From Octopus sinensis (lineage: Eukaryota), in the NCBI RefSeq assembly GCF_006345805.1, contig NC_042997.1:162378001-162442000 (forward strand): a stretch of DNA of 64,000 nucleotides, given 5' to 3'. Positions 52,861 through 64,000 of the stretch are shown here, piece by piece. Position 1 is the first letter of the stretch. The number at the start of each line of letters is the position of its first letter. The translations under genes were made by a program, and so were the position numbers. The notes under the pieces were generated by a model. The model did no database searches, was not told the origin of the DNA, and saw only the letters and a list, made by a program, of their open reading frames with translations.

Positions 52861-53459
52861 GTAGGAGGAGGTTTCATCGAAGCAAAATTTATATATTAGT
52901 TTGCTGATACCTACAGTTGCGGAAATGACAGAGTATGAGCCAGAGAGAGCTGCAGTGGTGCGATCTGACGTGAACCTTCCAATAAAAGAGACAAGATACA
53001 GGTTGAGAACCACGAGGAGTCGTTTAGCCTAGAGTTTCACATCCCGGACAAGGTCGAAATGATTTGCAGATGTTAAGTAAAACGAAACGAAACTGATTTC
53101 ACTAAATTCCTCAATAGTGGGTGCTCACAAGTGAGAGTTATATGTGAGAAGGTCTAGAAGTCATCTAGATTTACATCAGTATTGGTGGTAATAAGGACGG
53201 AAGAGATTCATGGTGTTGGATAAAGCGGTTGCCAATAATTCTTATCATCATCTTTTGAGGTGTTGGAGATAGTTGACGAGATTGAAATGGCTGAGCGCCT
53301 TGAGAATAGAACACACTATAATGTGTTTTTAAAGAGCGGAGAGAGAAATAGAGAGGGAAAGAAAGAAAGAAGAAAGAAAGAAAGAGAGAGAGAGAGAGGA
53401 GAGAGAGAGAGAAAGACAGACGGGCAGACAGAAACAGAAAGAAACAGAGAGAAAGATTG

Positions 53460-56100
53460 AAGAGTTTGCTGAGGATGTGGACGAGAAGTTCCACGCTACT
53501 CCCTATTCCTCCCCTTCATCGAGCCCACCCTCGCCCGCACTTCCCGCCCCTCATCCGTGTCACCATCCGCTCGACACGCTCTCCCTCTTCTACTCCCTTG
53601 ACCACCAACTCTCCTAACCTTACCTCCTCCTCTCCTCTCTCTGCCCTCCACCCTTCACCCAACCCATTTTCCGCTTCCTTCTTAATTTCAACCAACTCCA
53701 CAATTTCCTCACACACACAAAAAACAAAAACTCCACCTCAACCCTTCACACCCTCTCCCTCCCACCCACCCTCCAACACGCTCCTCCCCTCCACCCTCCA
53801 CCCTCCACACACCCACACGTCCCACTCCCGGACATTCTCACCCTTATCCTATCCCTTCCAAACCATTCCAACCCTCCTCCACACCTCTGCATCCCCTCTT
53901 CCCGACCCCACTCACCCAAACACTCTGCTCCCACGCACTGTGGTCACCATACCACCCAATCTCCCCCTGTACGCTGCCGAGTGTTCACTCCTAAGTAGGG
54001 GTCTTCGCTTCACGCCTCTCACGCCCCACTGCAACGAATTTGAGACCCGCACCGACGTCAGCCAGTTCCTGCGCCGCATCAAACCATGCTCGTTTTTCTA
54101 CACGTCTACACAGTGTCATGACAATCGGGATTGCTTCTCGGAGCTGGGGCGCTGCCCATCCAACTGGACGCCGCCTCCAAGCCAATTCAGTAGCCTAGAC
54201 TTGTTCGTGCACGACTGCAATGCGCTGTTCGACCGATTCACTTTCAAAAATGATCCCTCCGGGCTAACCCCACCCATGCTGAATCAATCTCTTCGTGACC
54301 TCCGTCGCCGCGACGACATCGTCATCAAGCTGACAAAGGTGGAGCGGTGGTGGCGTGGCACGCGGACCTATACAGAGAAGAAGCGCTCAGCCAACTTCGA
54401 AATCCCCTCTTCTATCGTCTCCCTCCCTTCGACCCCACCTCCTCCGACCAACAGCGTGTTCCTCCACCATCCATGACCTCATCTCGTCTTCTGCTCTCCC
54501 CCCACTGCCACCAACCACATCGCCCGAACACCCCGTATCTCCATCATCTATTTCCTTCCCAAAATACATAAACCCAACAACCCTGGCCGTCCCATTGTTT
54601 CTGCCTGTAATTGCCCCACAGAACTCATTTCCAAATACCTTGACCGCATCCGGTCCCCTTTAGTTACTATCCTCCCATCCCACATACACACGACACTAAT
54701 CATGCCCTTCGCCTTTTCAGTTCCTTGTCCTTCCCTTCCGGCCCCTCACACCTCTTCTCCTTGGACACAAATTCCTATACACGGTGATGCCCCACAAAGA
54801 CGGTCTCTTAGCCCTCCAATACTTCCTCGACCGTTGCCCTGACTCCACACCCAGCACCTCCACCCTTCTTAGTCTGGCAGAGCTCATCCTCACCCTCAAC
54901 TGCTTTACATTCGCCGGGGATGGCTACCAACATTAGTCTGGGATCGCGATGGGAATGAGCCCCAATTTCGCCAACCTATTTGTTGGTTACATTGAGGCAC
55001 AATCATTCTCCCAATTCTCTGGGCCGACCCCAGAACTATACGGTCGCTACATAGTCGACTGTATAGGTGCGAGCTCCCTCTTCCGGGAACAACTCTGTCA
55101 CTTCATCTCTTTCCTCTCTACTTTCCACTCCTTTCTCCAATTTACTTCTACCATCTCTAACACTTCGGTTAACATCCTTGATATTTCTCTTACCATTGAT
55201 CTTCCCTCCGACTCTCTCACCACTTCCGCCTTTTTCGAACCCAGATCCTCACCTTACCTCAACTTCTTCTCCTCCCATCCCTTCCACACCAAACGGGCCA
55301 TCCCTTACTCCCAGTTCCTCCGCCTCTGACGCTTGTGAAGCCGGGACCAGGATTTCGAGACCCAGTCCAGTATCTTGCCCGCCTGTTCATGCATCAAGGA
55401 TATCTTCAACCCTTGTTCAAACCGTCCTTGCCTGCGCTCGTCGAATCGATCGCACCACTGCCCTCTCTCCTTCCCCACACCAATCTCCAAACCGACCCTC
55501 TTTCTCCTCTTTTTCCATCCCTCCACCCTACCCCTTCGTCGAAGGATCCTAAGGGCCTTCCGTCGTCTCCAGCTCGATTCCAACACCCACTCCATTTTCC
55601 CCAACCTACCCTTGTCCTCCTTTAAACGCTCCCGGAACCTTCGCGATCTACTGGTCCGTAGTACCTTCTCCTCTTCCTCCCAGCCCCACCCAGATCCTTC
55701 CCGTGCTCGAGATCCCGTTGCCACACCTGCCCCTTCATTACTAACACTACCTCCATCACTGGTTCCAACCAGCACACTCTTTACATCACAAATTCCTTCT
55801 CTTGCACCTCTTCTAGCCTCATATACTGTATTAGATGGAACCTCTGAGGTAAACTATATATAGGTCAGACGGGCCATCGGCTGGCCGATCGGTTCACCAA
55901 ACATCTAAGGCATATTCGGCTACGTTCGAACACCCCTGTCGCCCGTCACTTCCGCTTGGCCAACCACTTCCCCTCTAACACCACGATTCCACACACTCGC
56001 GACTCCGCCTAGATCAGCGTTATATTTTTAATCTACGAACAACTATCCCCCTCGGACTAAACACAACTCCCACCTCCTAATGACTGTCTCTACAACCTCC
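53460..56100 (+). mobile_element. Penelope-like retroelement (Neptune-like), frameshifted RT plus GIY-YIG
   Basis: Fragments LSRGLRFTP, LRDLRRRDDIVIK (before KPADKG), PKIHKPNNPGRPIVSAC, MGMSPNFANLFVGYIE, YGRYIVDC (YIDD), HPFHTKRAIPYSQFLRL, FKRSRNLRDLLVRS, and LYIGQTGHRLADRFTKHL near 55855. Confidence 0.9.
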
Positions 56101-56219
56101 TGCAACAAAGCAACTTTATTTCATTGTTTGTTTTTTATTGCGCCATTTTATATTGTATTAACTTCTTCTTTATCCTCTATCAACCTTTTTTGTTATAATT
56201 TAATATATTTTATCTTATT

Positions 56220-56940
56220 TCTATATACACACATATACACACACACGTACAAACACACGCACCCGTGCACACACATGAAATCACATACAACACACATACA
56301 TGCATATCCACACACATACATCCACACACACACGCACATAAATACGCACACACGCGCATATACGCGCGCGCACACACACACGCATACATAAACACACATA
56401 CACATACATATGCACACGCACGCACATACATACACACACATACCTCCCACACACACTAACACAGACACGCACACAATTACACACACATGGACATAAGCAC
56501 ACACACACATACACGCACACACGCACGTAAGCGCATGCACACAAGCACATACAGGAACGCACATATACCCCCCACACCACCCCATGCACACATGCATACA
56601 GAAACTCACATACACATATATATATACACACATCCATACACATGCACACACACGCACATTCAATATATGCATACACACACATACACACATATGCGCACAC
56701 ACACGCATGCGCACACATACACACACATACATAGACATAGACGCACACACACACGCATACACATACCTATACATACGCACACACACATACACACGCACAC
56801 ACACATGCACATACACAAACATGTACACACATATACACTCACATGAACACACGCACACACAGACACAGGCACACACTGCTCATAAAGTACATGCACACAC
56901 AACATATACATACACGCGCACATACATACTTCAAACTACC
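56220..56940. repeat. Degenerate (CA)/(CATA)-rich tract inside the PLE 3' region
   Basis: Seen directly. Confidence 0.9.
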
Positions 56941-57269
56941 AGTTAAACACCTTTCTACTGACCATTCTCCTACGCACATGTGAAAGGAGACACACAAAAG
57001 ACAGCCACTCCTACCTAAAAGTTCTACTGTAAATTCTTCCTACGACATTAAGCGACACAAAGTCCACTCATTCACACACACATAAACAGCTAAAACCACG
57101 CGCACACACACATACGCACGTACACGTGCTATTATTACACACACAAACACACACACAGACCTGCGCGCATGCACATACCCACACATACACGCACATATCT
57201 CCTCTTGTACTTTTCTGTCTTAAAAAGAATTTTCTCTGCACCCATTCCCTTCCAGTCATTTCAAAATGT

Positions 57270-57460
57270 AACTGCATGTGTATCGTTGGCGATTTTCTTC
57301 CTCCATCTTCCCTTCCTTTGGACTTTTCTCTATTTCCGAAGAAGAGCTTGGCTCGAAACGTTAAATCCTCTTTCCTTCCTTTCCTGAGCGTCTGATAATA
57401 CAGTACTTGCACCACGTACTCGAGTTATTATTTTTCTTTGTTCCTCATCAACACCGGTTC
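57270..57460 (+). mobile_element. PLE pseudo-LTR segment carrying a hammerhead motif
   Basis: Shares ...CTTTCCTGAGCGTC..ATAATAC... with 11950-12110 and 14060-14250. Confidence 0.55.
57332..57366 (+). ncRNA. Minimal hammerhead-like motif, core CCGAAGA, downstream of the PLE body
   Basis: auuu-CCGAAGA-a-gagc-uug-gcuc-GAAA-cguu-aaau; same strand as, and about 1.3 kb 3' of, the PLE at 53460-56100. Confidence 0.62.
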
Positions 57461-57746
57461 TCAAGCGGTCGTAGGGAGACAAACACACACACACACATAT
57501 ATCATTATATACGACGGGCTTCTTTCAGTTTCCGTCATCCCACTCACAAAGCGTTGATCCTTCCGAGGCTATAGTACAAGACACTTGTCCAAGGTGCCAG
57601 GCAGTAGGATTGAACCCTGAACCTTGTGGTTGGGAAGCAAGCTTCTTACCACACAGCCACGCCTGTGCCTATATGTGTGTGTGTGTATGTGTATGTCTGT
57701 CTGTTAGCATGTATGCATGTATGTATCTGTGTGTTTATATATACAC

Positions 57747-57804
<58 letters not shown>

Positions 57805-58031
57805 ATATATACAAACAAGTATATAAATATGCAGTGTGGAGGCCCTTTAAAGCGACCACTATGGGACGTATTATTGCAGATTATGATTATTTAATAACAT
57901 TACCTGTTGGTATGATAAGCAGTTTCAGGAGTTACAATTGCTACAAGATATTTGGATTTTTCATCTCTCGAAGGGAGGATAATTTCAATAAATCAAATAT
58001 TTATTAGTGAAGAGAGAGAGAGAAAGAAAAA

Positions 58032-58097
<66 letters not shown>

Positions 58098-58116
58098 AAA
58101 AAGTAAGAAAGCAAAA

Positions 58117-58159
<43 letters not shown>

Positions 58160-59052
58160 GAGGAAAGAAGGAGAATGATGGAGAAAATGTAGAAGAATGG
58201 TATTTTTAATATTACTTTTAGTTTGAAGCAAAAAAGAAAATCTTCAATCTTCTTAATATTTGCTTTATTATTATTGCTTTTTTAGCTCACATAAGCTATC
58301 AGCAGTGAAAGTCAGATGTTTGACATAACCAGCAGTCGTTCTTCTAGCTGCTCATGAAATCTTCTTTCGAATTATAAACGTTTGTGTGGGCGATTGTAAA
58401 GCAGAAACGTTGAAGCCTCGGTCTGTGTTGCAGTTACGTCATTTTGCAGTGAAGGCCGAAATTTGAGGAAACTGGTGAAAGTCAGCGTTAGAATGTTAGT
58501 AGAATGCCATTCAATTCAATAGCAGTGAAGAGCGGAAAGTCTAAATTTTTCAAGAACTTGCCCTTTCAGCAGAGGGTACAGAACCATGAACATTAAAGTT
58601 TTTCAGTCTTCATGAAAATCAAATTTATCGACGTTCTTGTGTCTTTTATGCCATTTTACGTTGTGAGTTCAAATCGTGCCTGTGGCTGACTTTTCCTTTC
58701 ATACTTCTGATCTGATAAAATAAGTACTAATCAATTATTGGGATTGATTAAATCAATAGCACAGCTCTCCAGATATATAACTTGTACTGATGTCGTTTCT
58801 GTAATGATGATGATGGTGGTAGCTTACCTCTAAATCTCGCCTTCATTCAGCAAGCTAGGTTACTGGGTTCGAATATAGAAACAGTCCTCTTGGCTGCAAT
58901 TTCCTATTGCTTGTAATACCTGTTACTTAAGGTTGGGGCATCAAAAATGTCTTTTCTTCTAGTACCCCAAACCCTTACTATGTCACAGTCCAGTTGACCT
59001 ATGATCATAGACGTTCCAACCTGAACTATCAAGTTTTTTTTTCTGCTTATAG

Positions 59053-59362
59053 CAGTGACTCTCAAACATTTTTTTTAAATCTAGAGATCCCTTTGATTAT
59101 TATTTTATTCTAGTGGACCCCCATAGCCATTCGACATTCAAAAACTAGCTTTATAGAAACTTCTTTTAAAATTCCTATTTTGTTATTCACATATTAACTT
59201 ATGTATGTTGAGCTATGTAAAAACATTAGAGAAAGAAACCTAGCTGTTTCCTGCAATAAGTCGGAAGCAAAATCTTTTCCTAAACCCTTAATATACTACT
59301 GTGGATCCAAATCTTAAAATGAATCTCCTATGGTCATATGGACTCATAGTTGAGAAACACTT
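59053..59362. mobile_element. Possible hAT/Charlie-like MITE
   Basis: CAGTGACTCTCAAAC ... GTTGAGAAACACT termini; TSD not convincing. Confidence 0.4.
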
Positions 59363-60164
59363 AATTATTAGAAATAAAATATCCAATCTCTCTCGTTCCC
59401 CTTTTTTAAGATGGTGGGGGTGTGATCTGAAGAAAATTTGACTTGTATTTCTTGTAGATTTAAGGACCACATTATGACTCACTCGTTTACACATGTTCCA
59501 GTATGCGAAACTATTGCCGCCTGTGTAAACTCTTTATTAATTTCTGTATAAGGAATAAACCTTGAAAGAATCAGGAAATTTATGAAGAAAATGCATCTGT
59601 TCAGATTTTTAAAAATATCTACAAGAGTGTTATTCTAGAATTAAAAATGTTGTAGTAGTAGTAGTAGTAGTAGTAGTAAAAGCAGCAGTAGCAGCAGTTG
59701 CAGTAGTAGTTGCCGTTGTTGTTATTGCTATTTCTTTTGTCATTGCCATCCTTGTTGGTGATGTGGTATTATTTAGCTCCAGGGTAATTCTAACCGAACT
59801 AACAGATGATCAGACATTTGAGTCGTGACCATCCTGTCTTTTCTCAGCAAGGCGTAGGTGTTACCTAGAACTAAATTTAATGCGTGTCTTTCAAATTTCT
59901 TTTTTTTTTTGTATTTGTTTTTCGAGTGGTAGAGAGACAGTGGTGATTTGTGAGAGATATGGCGCTACTATTTCGAGCAGATTGAGTGACCTCCTAGAGG
60001 ATTATACAGTGGCTTGTCCAGGTTCTTCGTAAACTTGCTTGCTTAAATGTAGTTTATTCCTACAGCATCACAATATTTACACGTATACATACATACTAAC
60101 ACACACACATACACACACAAACATACATTCTAACACACTCATAACATATATATACATATAAATA

Positions 60165-60395
60165 AGGCGACGAGCTGGCAGAAACGTTAGCGCGCCGGGC
60201 GAAATGCTTAGCGATATTTCGTCTGCCGTTACGTTTTGAGTTCAAATTCCACCGAGGTCGACTTTGCCTTTCATTCTTTCGGGGTCGATAAATAAAGAAC
60301 CAGTTACGCACTGGGGTCGATGTAATCGACTTAATCCGTTTGTCTGTCCTTGTTTGTCCCCTCTATGTTTAGCCCCTTGTGGGCAATAACGAAAT
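60165..60395 (+). mobile_element. SINE family A (tail type 1)
   Basis: Close match to 9451-9686. Confidence 0.9.
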
Positions 60396-61240
60396 ATATA
60401 TATAAATATACATACATACAGTACATATATATATATATATGTATATATGCACACACACACTCACACACACACGTCAAACTAGTGTCCTATAGATGAGTGA
60501 TTGAAGCAATTCTAAGAATCCACATGTCAACCACATAATGTAACTTATCATTTTATACTTTATATCAGGCTCATATCAGGCTTAAGTAAACTTTGTGAAT
60601 AAAGATTCTTCGTCAGTATTGAAATCACCGGTTAGCAGCTGGCTGGCTGGCATAAACTCAACTGTTTCTATATTTGAAAACTTTTACCATGTATACATTT
60701 GATATTCTCGTTAACATTATTGCGATGCTGTTTCCTAGTAGAAGCTATTGTTATAACCACTGACTTAAGATGCCAGCAGTCATACATAACATTGCTTTTT
60801 TCTACATGCTGACAAAACAAAGCAACTGATAAGGTATTTTTTTTACCTAAACTAATCAGCCACAACTAATGATTGTTCAATTAACTTAATGACATCGTCG
60901 ACCATAGATTTCCAGGTAAGTAACATGGTTAATTTTACTAGTGTAAACAGAGCGATGCATGATGTTGATAGTAACATTTTCTTTTTCTAGGAAAAGATGC
61001 TGCTACAAGTGGTCTGAGGCAGTCGATTATGGTTAGCGATGCTAGAGAAAATGTTAGTGTATGTTCTCCTTGTTGTCTAGTCATTGAAGAATGGTAAATT
61101 AAACAACAGTAATATTCTATTGATGATCAAATCCATTTTATCTGTTCTCTTTATTCGATAGAAATTATCTATCTCAAATATGCTGTCATCGTTTAACTCT
61201 GATTTAAACATGCCATTTAGTTTTAATAAATTATCTCGTT

Positions 61241-61410
61241 TAGCAGCATTTCGTCAGTCTTTACGTTCTCAGTTCAAATTCCACTGAGGCCGACTTTGCC
61301 TTTCATCCTTTCGGGGTCGATAAAATAAGTTCCAGTTCAGCACTGGAGTCGATGTGATCGACTTACTCTCTTCTCGAACTTGTTGGCCCTATGCCAAAAT
61401 TTGACACCGA
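61241..61410 (+). mobile_element. SINE family A, 5'-truncated
   Basis: B-box, core and type-2 tail. Confidence 0.75.
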
Positions 61411-61932
61411 TATATAATCTCGCTTTCTATATCAATACTGGCTACGCCATATTTTTCTCATGAATTTTTTAATTGACTTTATATATTCATAAAAGTTGAC
61501 TAAAAGCAAATTTTAAAAAAAGCAGAAATGCAGTTGTTTATCACAACCAAATTAATAACCAAGAAGACGGAAATGAAGTGAAATAAGCCAATTCTTTAAT
61601 CAATTTTTCTGTTTATAAAAGAATATAAATTCAAGTTTTAACATATCAATTTGAAATTCCTAGCAAATACAATACATACTGTTGCACTCCCAAACCTGGC
61701 TTTTCGCATTTATTTCAGAGAATAAATATTGTAAATAAATTAATTTAAAATATTATATTTTTCCACTTACAATATTTTCTCATGCGGTTTTCGGGCATTG
61801 TAATATTTATAGAATTTCGATTAATACACAGTTGGAACATCTAGTGTTGGAAAGTTCGAGTCCATTAGGCCCCAATTGTTGTTTTATTTCTTTACATAGA
61901 TTTTACATTGAACATAATTAATAAAAGTTAAT

Positions 61933-61938
61933 TTTATT
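61933..61938 (-). terminator. Candidate polyadenylation signal, reflectin-R
   Basis: AATAAA on - about 150 nt after the stop, followed by U-rich sequence; alternative at 61888-61883. Confidence 0.5.
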
Positions 61939-62089
61939 AATTTGAACACAGGAAATTTCAGTTGATATGGGATTGAATTTACTAACAATAAAACAATTTC
62001 ATTTTCAAAAACATAATATTATTACGCTTCTTTCGATTCTCATTAAATTTCAACAGTATAGCCAGTTAATTTTCTTAAAATCTTGATGC

Positions 62090-63187
62090 TTAGAAGTAGT
62101 ATTCGTTCCAATGGTCAAAGTGGGTCATATGACGACCATTCATATCCATCCACTGACCTCCAAAATCCATCTGATAATTGGACATATCAAACCATCTATG
62201 GCCTCCATAGAAGTAAGGACTGTAGTTGAAGAAGTGGTACCTGCTGTGGTAATTATAGGGAGACATTGAATGGAATTCATAATCCATATCATACCATCTC
62301 TCTGGGTTGTTGTAGTATCTTTGGCCCCAGCTGTAACTATGATAAGGGTAGTAGTGGTGATGTCTGCCGTGATAGCTGTAGAAGGGTGTGCAATGACGGC
62401 TATACATATCCATCCAGCGGCCATCAAAATCCATTTGATAGTTTGTCATATCAAAGTATCTCTCTGGGTAGTTGTAATACCTTTGGCCCCAGCTGTAGTT
62501 ATAATAAGGGTAGTTATGGTAGTACCTGCCATAGTTGGTGTAGAAAGGAGTTGAAAAACGGCCATACATATCCATCCAGCGGCCATACATGTCCATCTGA
62601 TAGCCGGACATATCCATGAATCTCTCGGGATAGTGCATATAGTAGAAATTCATATATGGATAATACATATAACGCCTGTAATAGTTGTAATAAGGGTTGC
62701 AGTGACGTCCATATCTGTCCATGTATCGGCCATACACGTCCATTTGATAGTGGGACATGTCCATGAATCTCTCAGGATAGAACCAGTTACGACCATAGCG
62801 GTAGCCAGGGTAGTAGCCATGTTTTGAAGAGTTGAACATATACCAGTAGGGGCTGGAGTGGTGTCCGTGCATGTCCATCCATCTTCCATACATATCCATC
62901 TGATAACTGGACATATCCATAAACCTCTCAGGGAAGTCCATGAAATAACCGTATCTATGGAACCTATCGTTATCATAGAAACCGTAATAGTTGTACATAG
63001 ATTTACCATAGTATCTATCATTATCAGAATATCTACCATAGAATTCATAGAATCTGGGATCTACCATTCTTCCATAAGAATCCATGTATCTGCCTTGAAA
63101 ATCCATGGACATCACGCTCATTGGTTCCATGATTCCTCTGTATTTTCTGGCGAAATGATGACGGAATTTGTTCATGAGACGGTTCAT
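62090..63187 (-). CDS. reflectin: Reflectin, 365 aa, uninterrupted CDS (here 'reflectin-R')
   Basis: From Met34 of the 62090-63286 ORF: MNRLMNK..., N-terminal motif MEPMSVMSMDFQGRYMDSYGRMVDP, four PER[F/Y][M/F]DM motifs and a split fifth. The first 33 codons of the track ORF are a translated polypyrimidine tract (FLFFSF), so the true start is placed at 63187, matching the MNR start of the paralog. AATAAA on - at 61938-61933. Confidence 0.96.
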   Translation of the reverse strand: MNRLMNKFRHHFARKYRGIMEPMSVMSMDFQGRYMDSYGRMVDPRFYEFYGRYSDNDRYYGKSMYNYYGFYDNDRFHRYGYFMDFPERFMDMSSYQMDMYGRWMDMHGHHSSPYWYMFNSSKHGYYPGYRYGRNWFYPERFMDMSHYQMDVYGRYMDRYGRHCNPYYNYYRRYMYYPYMNFYYMHYPERFMDMSGYQMDMYGRWMDMYGRFSTPFYTNYGRYYHNYPYYNYSWGQRYYNYPERYFDMTNYQMDFDGRWMDMYSRHCTPFYSYHGRHHHYYPYHSYSWGQRYYNNPERWYDMDYEFHSMSPYNYHSRYHFFNYSPYFYGGHRWFDMSNYQMDFGGQWMDMNGRHMTHFDHWNEYYF

Positions 63188-63290
63188 TGTTGAAATACAG
63201 GTTTGACTGAAATAAAAATAAAACATTGCATAATAATGATTAAAAATGAAGGAAAAGAAAAGGAAAGAAAACAAATTTATAAACAAGAGT
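63188..63290 (-). promoter_or_regulatory. 5'UTR intron acceptor (AG at 63208-63207) and 19-nt leader of reflectin-R
   Basis: On -: long U/C tract ...TTTTCTTTCCTTTTC...TTTTATTTTTATTTCAG, then TCAAACCTGTATTTCAACA-ATG. Same 19-nt spacing as the paralog. Confidence 0.75.
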
Positions 63291-64000
63291 AAAACAAGGG
63301 TTATTCATGTATTCTGAGAAGTAAGAGCTACACCCAAGAATTAAATTCGTATCGTAGATTTCCTTCCTTACTATTTGTGGTGATCATCACATAATGGTGG
63401 GAGCAACCTAAGTTTTCCTGCGATTGTCGTCGTTGTTCAGTTCCGGGATAGCCAAGTTGAAGTAGGCCTATGGTCAAAAACATTCCTGATGTTAAATCTT
63501 CATCTTTTTAGGGGTATCTAGAATTATAAGGAATCCTTTCTTTCTGATACGGTAAGGTATAACATACGGTCAACGTTATTGCAATTTATTGCTAGACGAG
63601 AACTACATGTGACTATCGTTAGTTAGCAACATCAGTATCATAGAAAAATGTGAAATTGTGAATTTCGCATATTTTCCAAATGTGTAAGCTACGTAAGAAA
63701 AATCAAACAACACTGTATTATGCAGATTTGGCTCACCATAAATTAAATACTGCGCTAAATTCCAAACATACAATTAATTACATCTTCCAAATTATTATTT
63801 CATCAAAATATCAGGCTAGTTGCATAAGAAGTAATAAAAACCAAACTAATTAAATATCTAAATGAGAATATTAAGTAAATAAAATTGCTATGAAATTAGC
63901 AAGAAGATCAGCGAGAATTACGTTTAACAAACGTTTACAATCGCTATATATTATTTTAGTTTTACATGAATTAGTCAGAAGAGAAATAGCAGTAGCTATG

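Noticed and set aside
53457-54476. 339-aa Pro/Ser/Thr-rich ORF as a mucin-like gene
   Set aside because: C-rich 5' region of the Penelope-like element; its second half is PLE ORF sequence.
63188-63286. 33-aa hydrophobic N-terminal extension (MFINLFSFLFFSF...) on reflectin-R that looks like a signal peptide
   Set aside because: It is the translated polypyrimidine tract and acceptor of the 5'UTR intron; the paralog starts at the equivalent MNR with the same acceptor spacing.

Overview
AT-rich eukaryotic genomic DNA full of microsatellites and transposable elements, almost certainly from a coleoid cephalopod. The repeat landscape looks octopus-like, but the species is an inference. The only host protein-coding genes I can support are two reflectins, the structural proteins of cephalopod iridescence and camouflage, arranged convergently about 20 kb apart: 40773-41807 (+, 344 aa) and 62090-63187 (-, 365 aa; the ORF track over-extends its 5' end into an intron). 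Both CDSs are uninterrupted, and both have a splice acceptor exactly 19 nt before the ATG. A TATA/Inr/donor set at 37593-37681 predicts a non-coding first exon for the + gene. The rest is decayed TEs: R4/Dong-like and CR1-like LINEs, Penelope-like elements (PLEs) of two types, mariner, maT and Tigger DNA transposons, and three tRNA-derived SINE families. Best second-look items: (1) the reflectin pair is colinear for 206 aa but shows strongly one-way Tyr loss in one copy; (2) seven hammerhead-ribozyme folds linked to PLEs, including one complete canonical ribozyme and five minimal core variants with covarying stems; (3) an ankyrin-repeat fragment sits inside a mariner transposase; (4) a five-hairpin cluster of unknown class lies in the predicted reflectin intron. 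All alignments and folds were done by eye; no database search or folding program was run.
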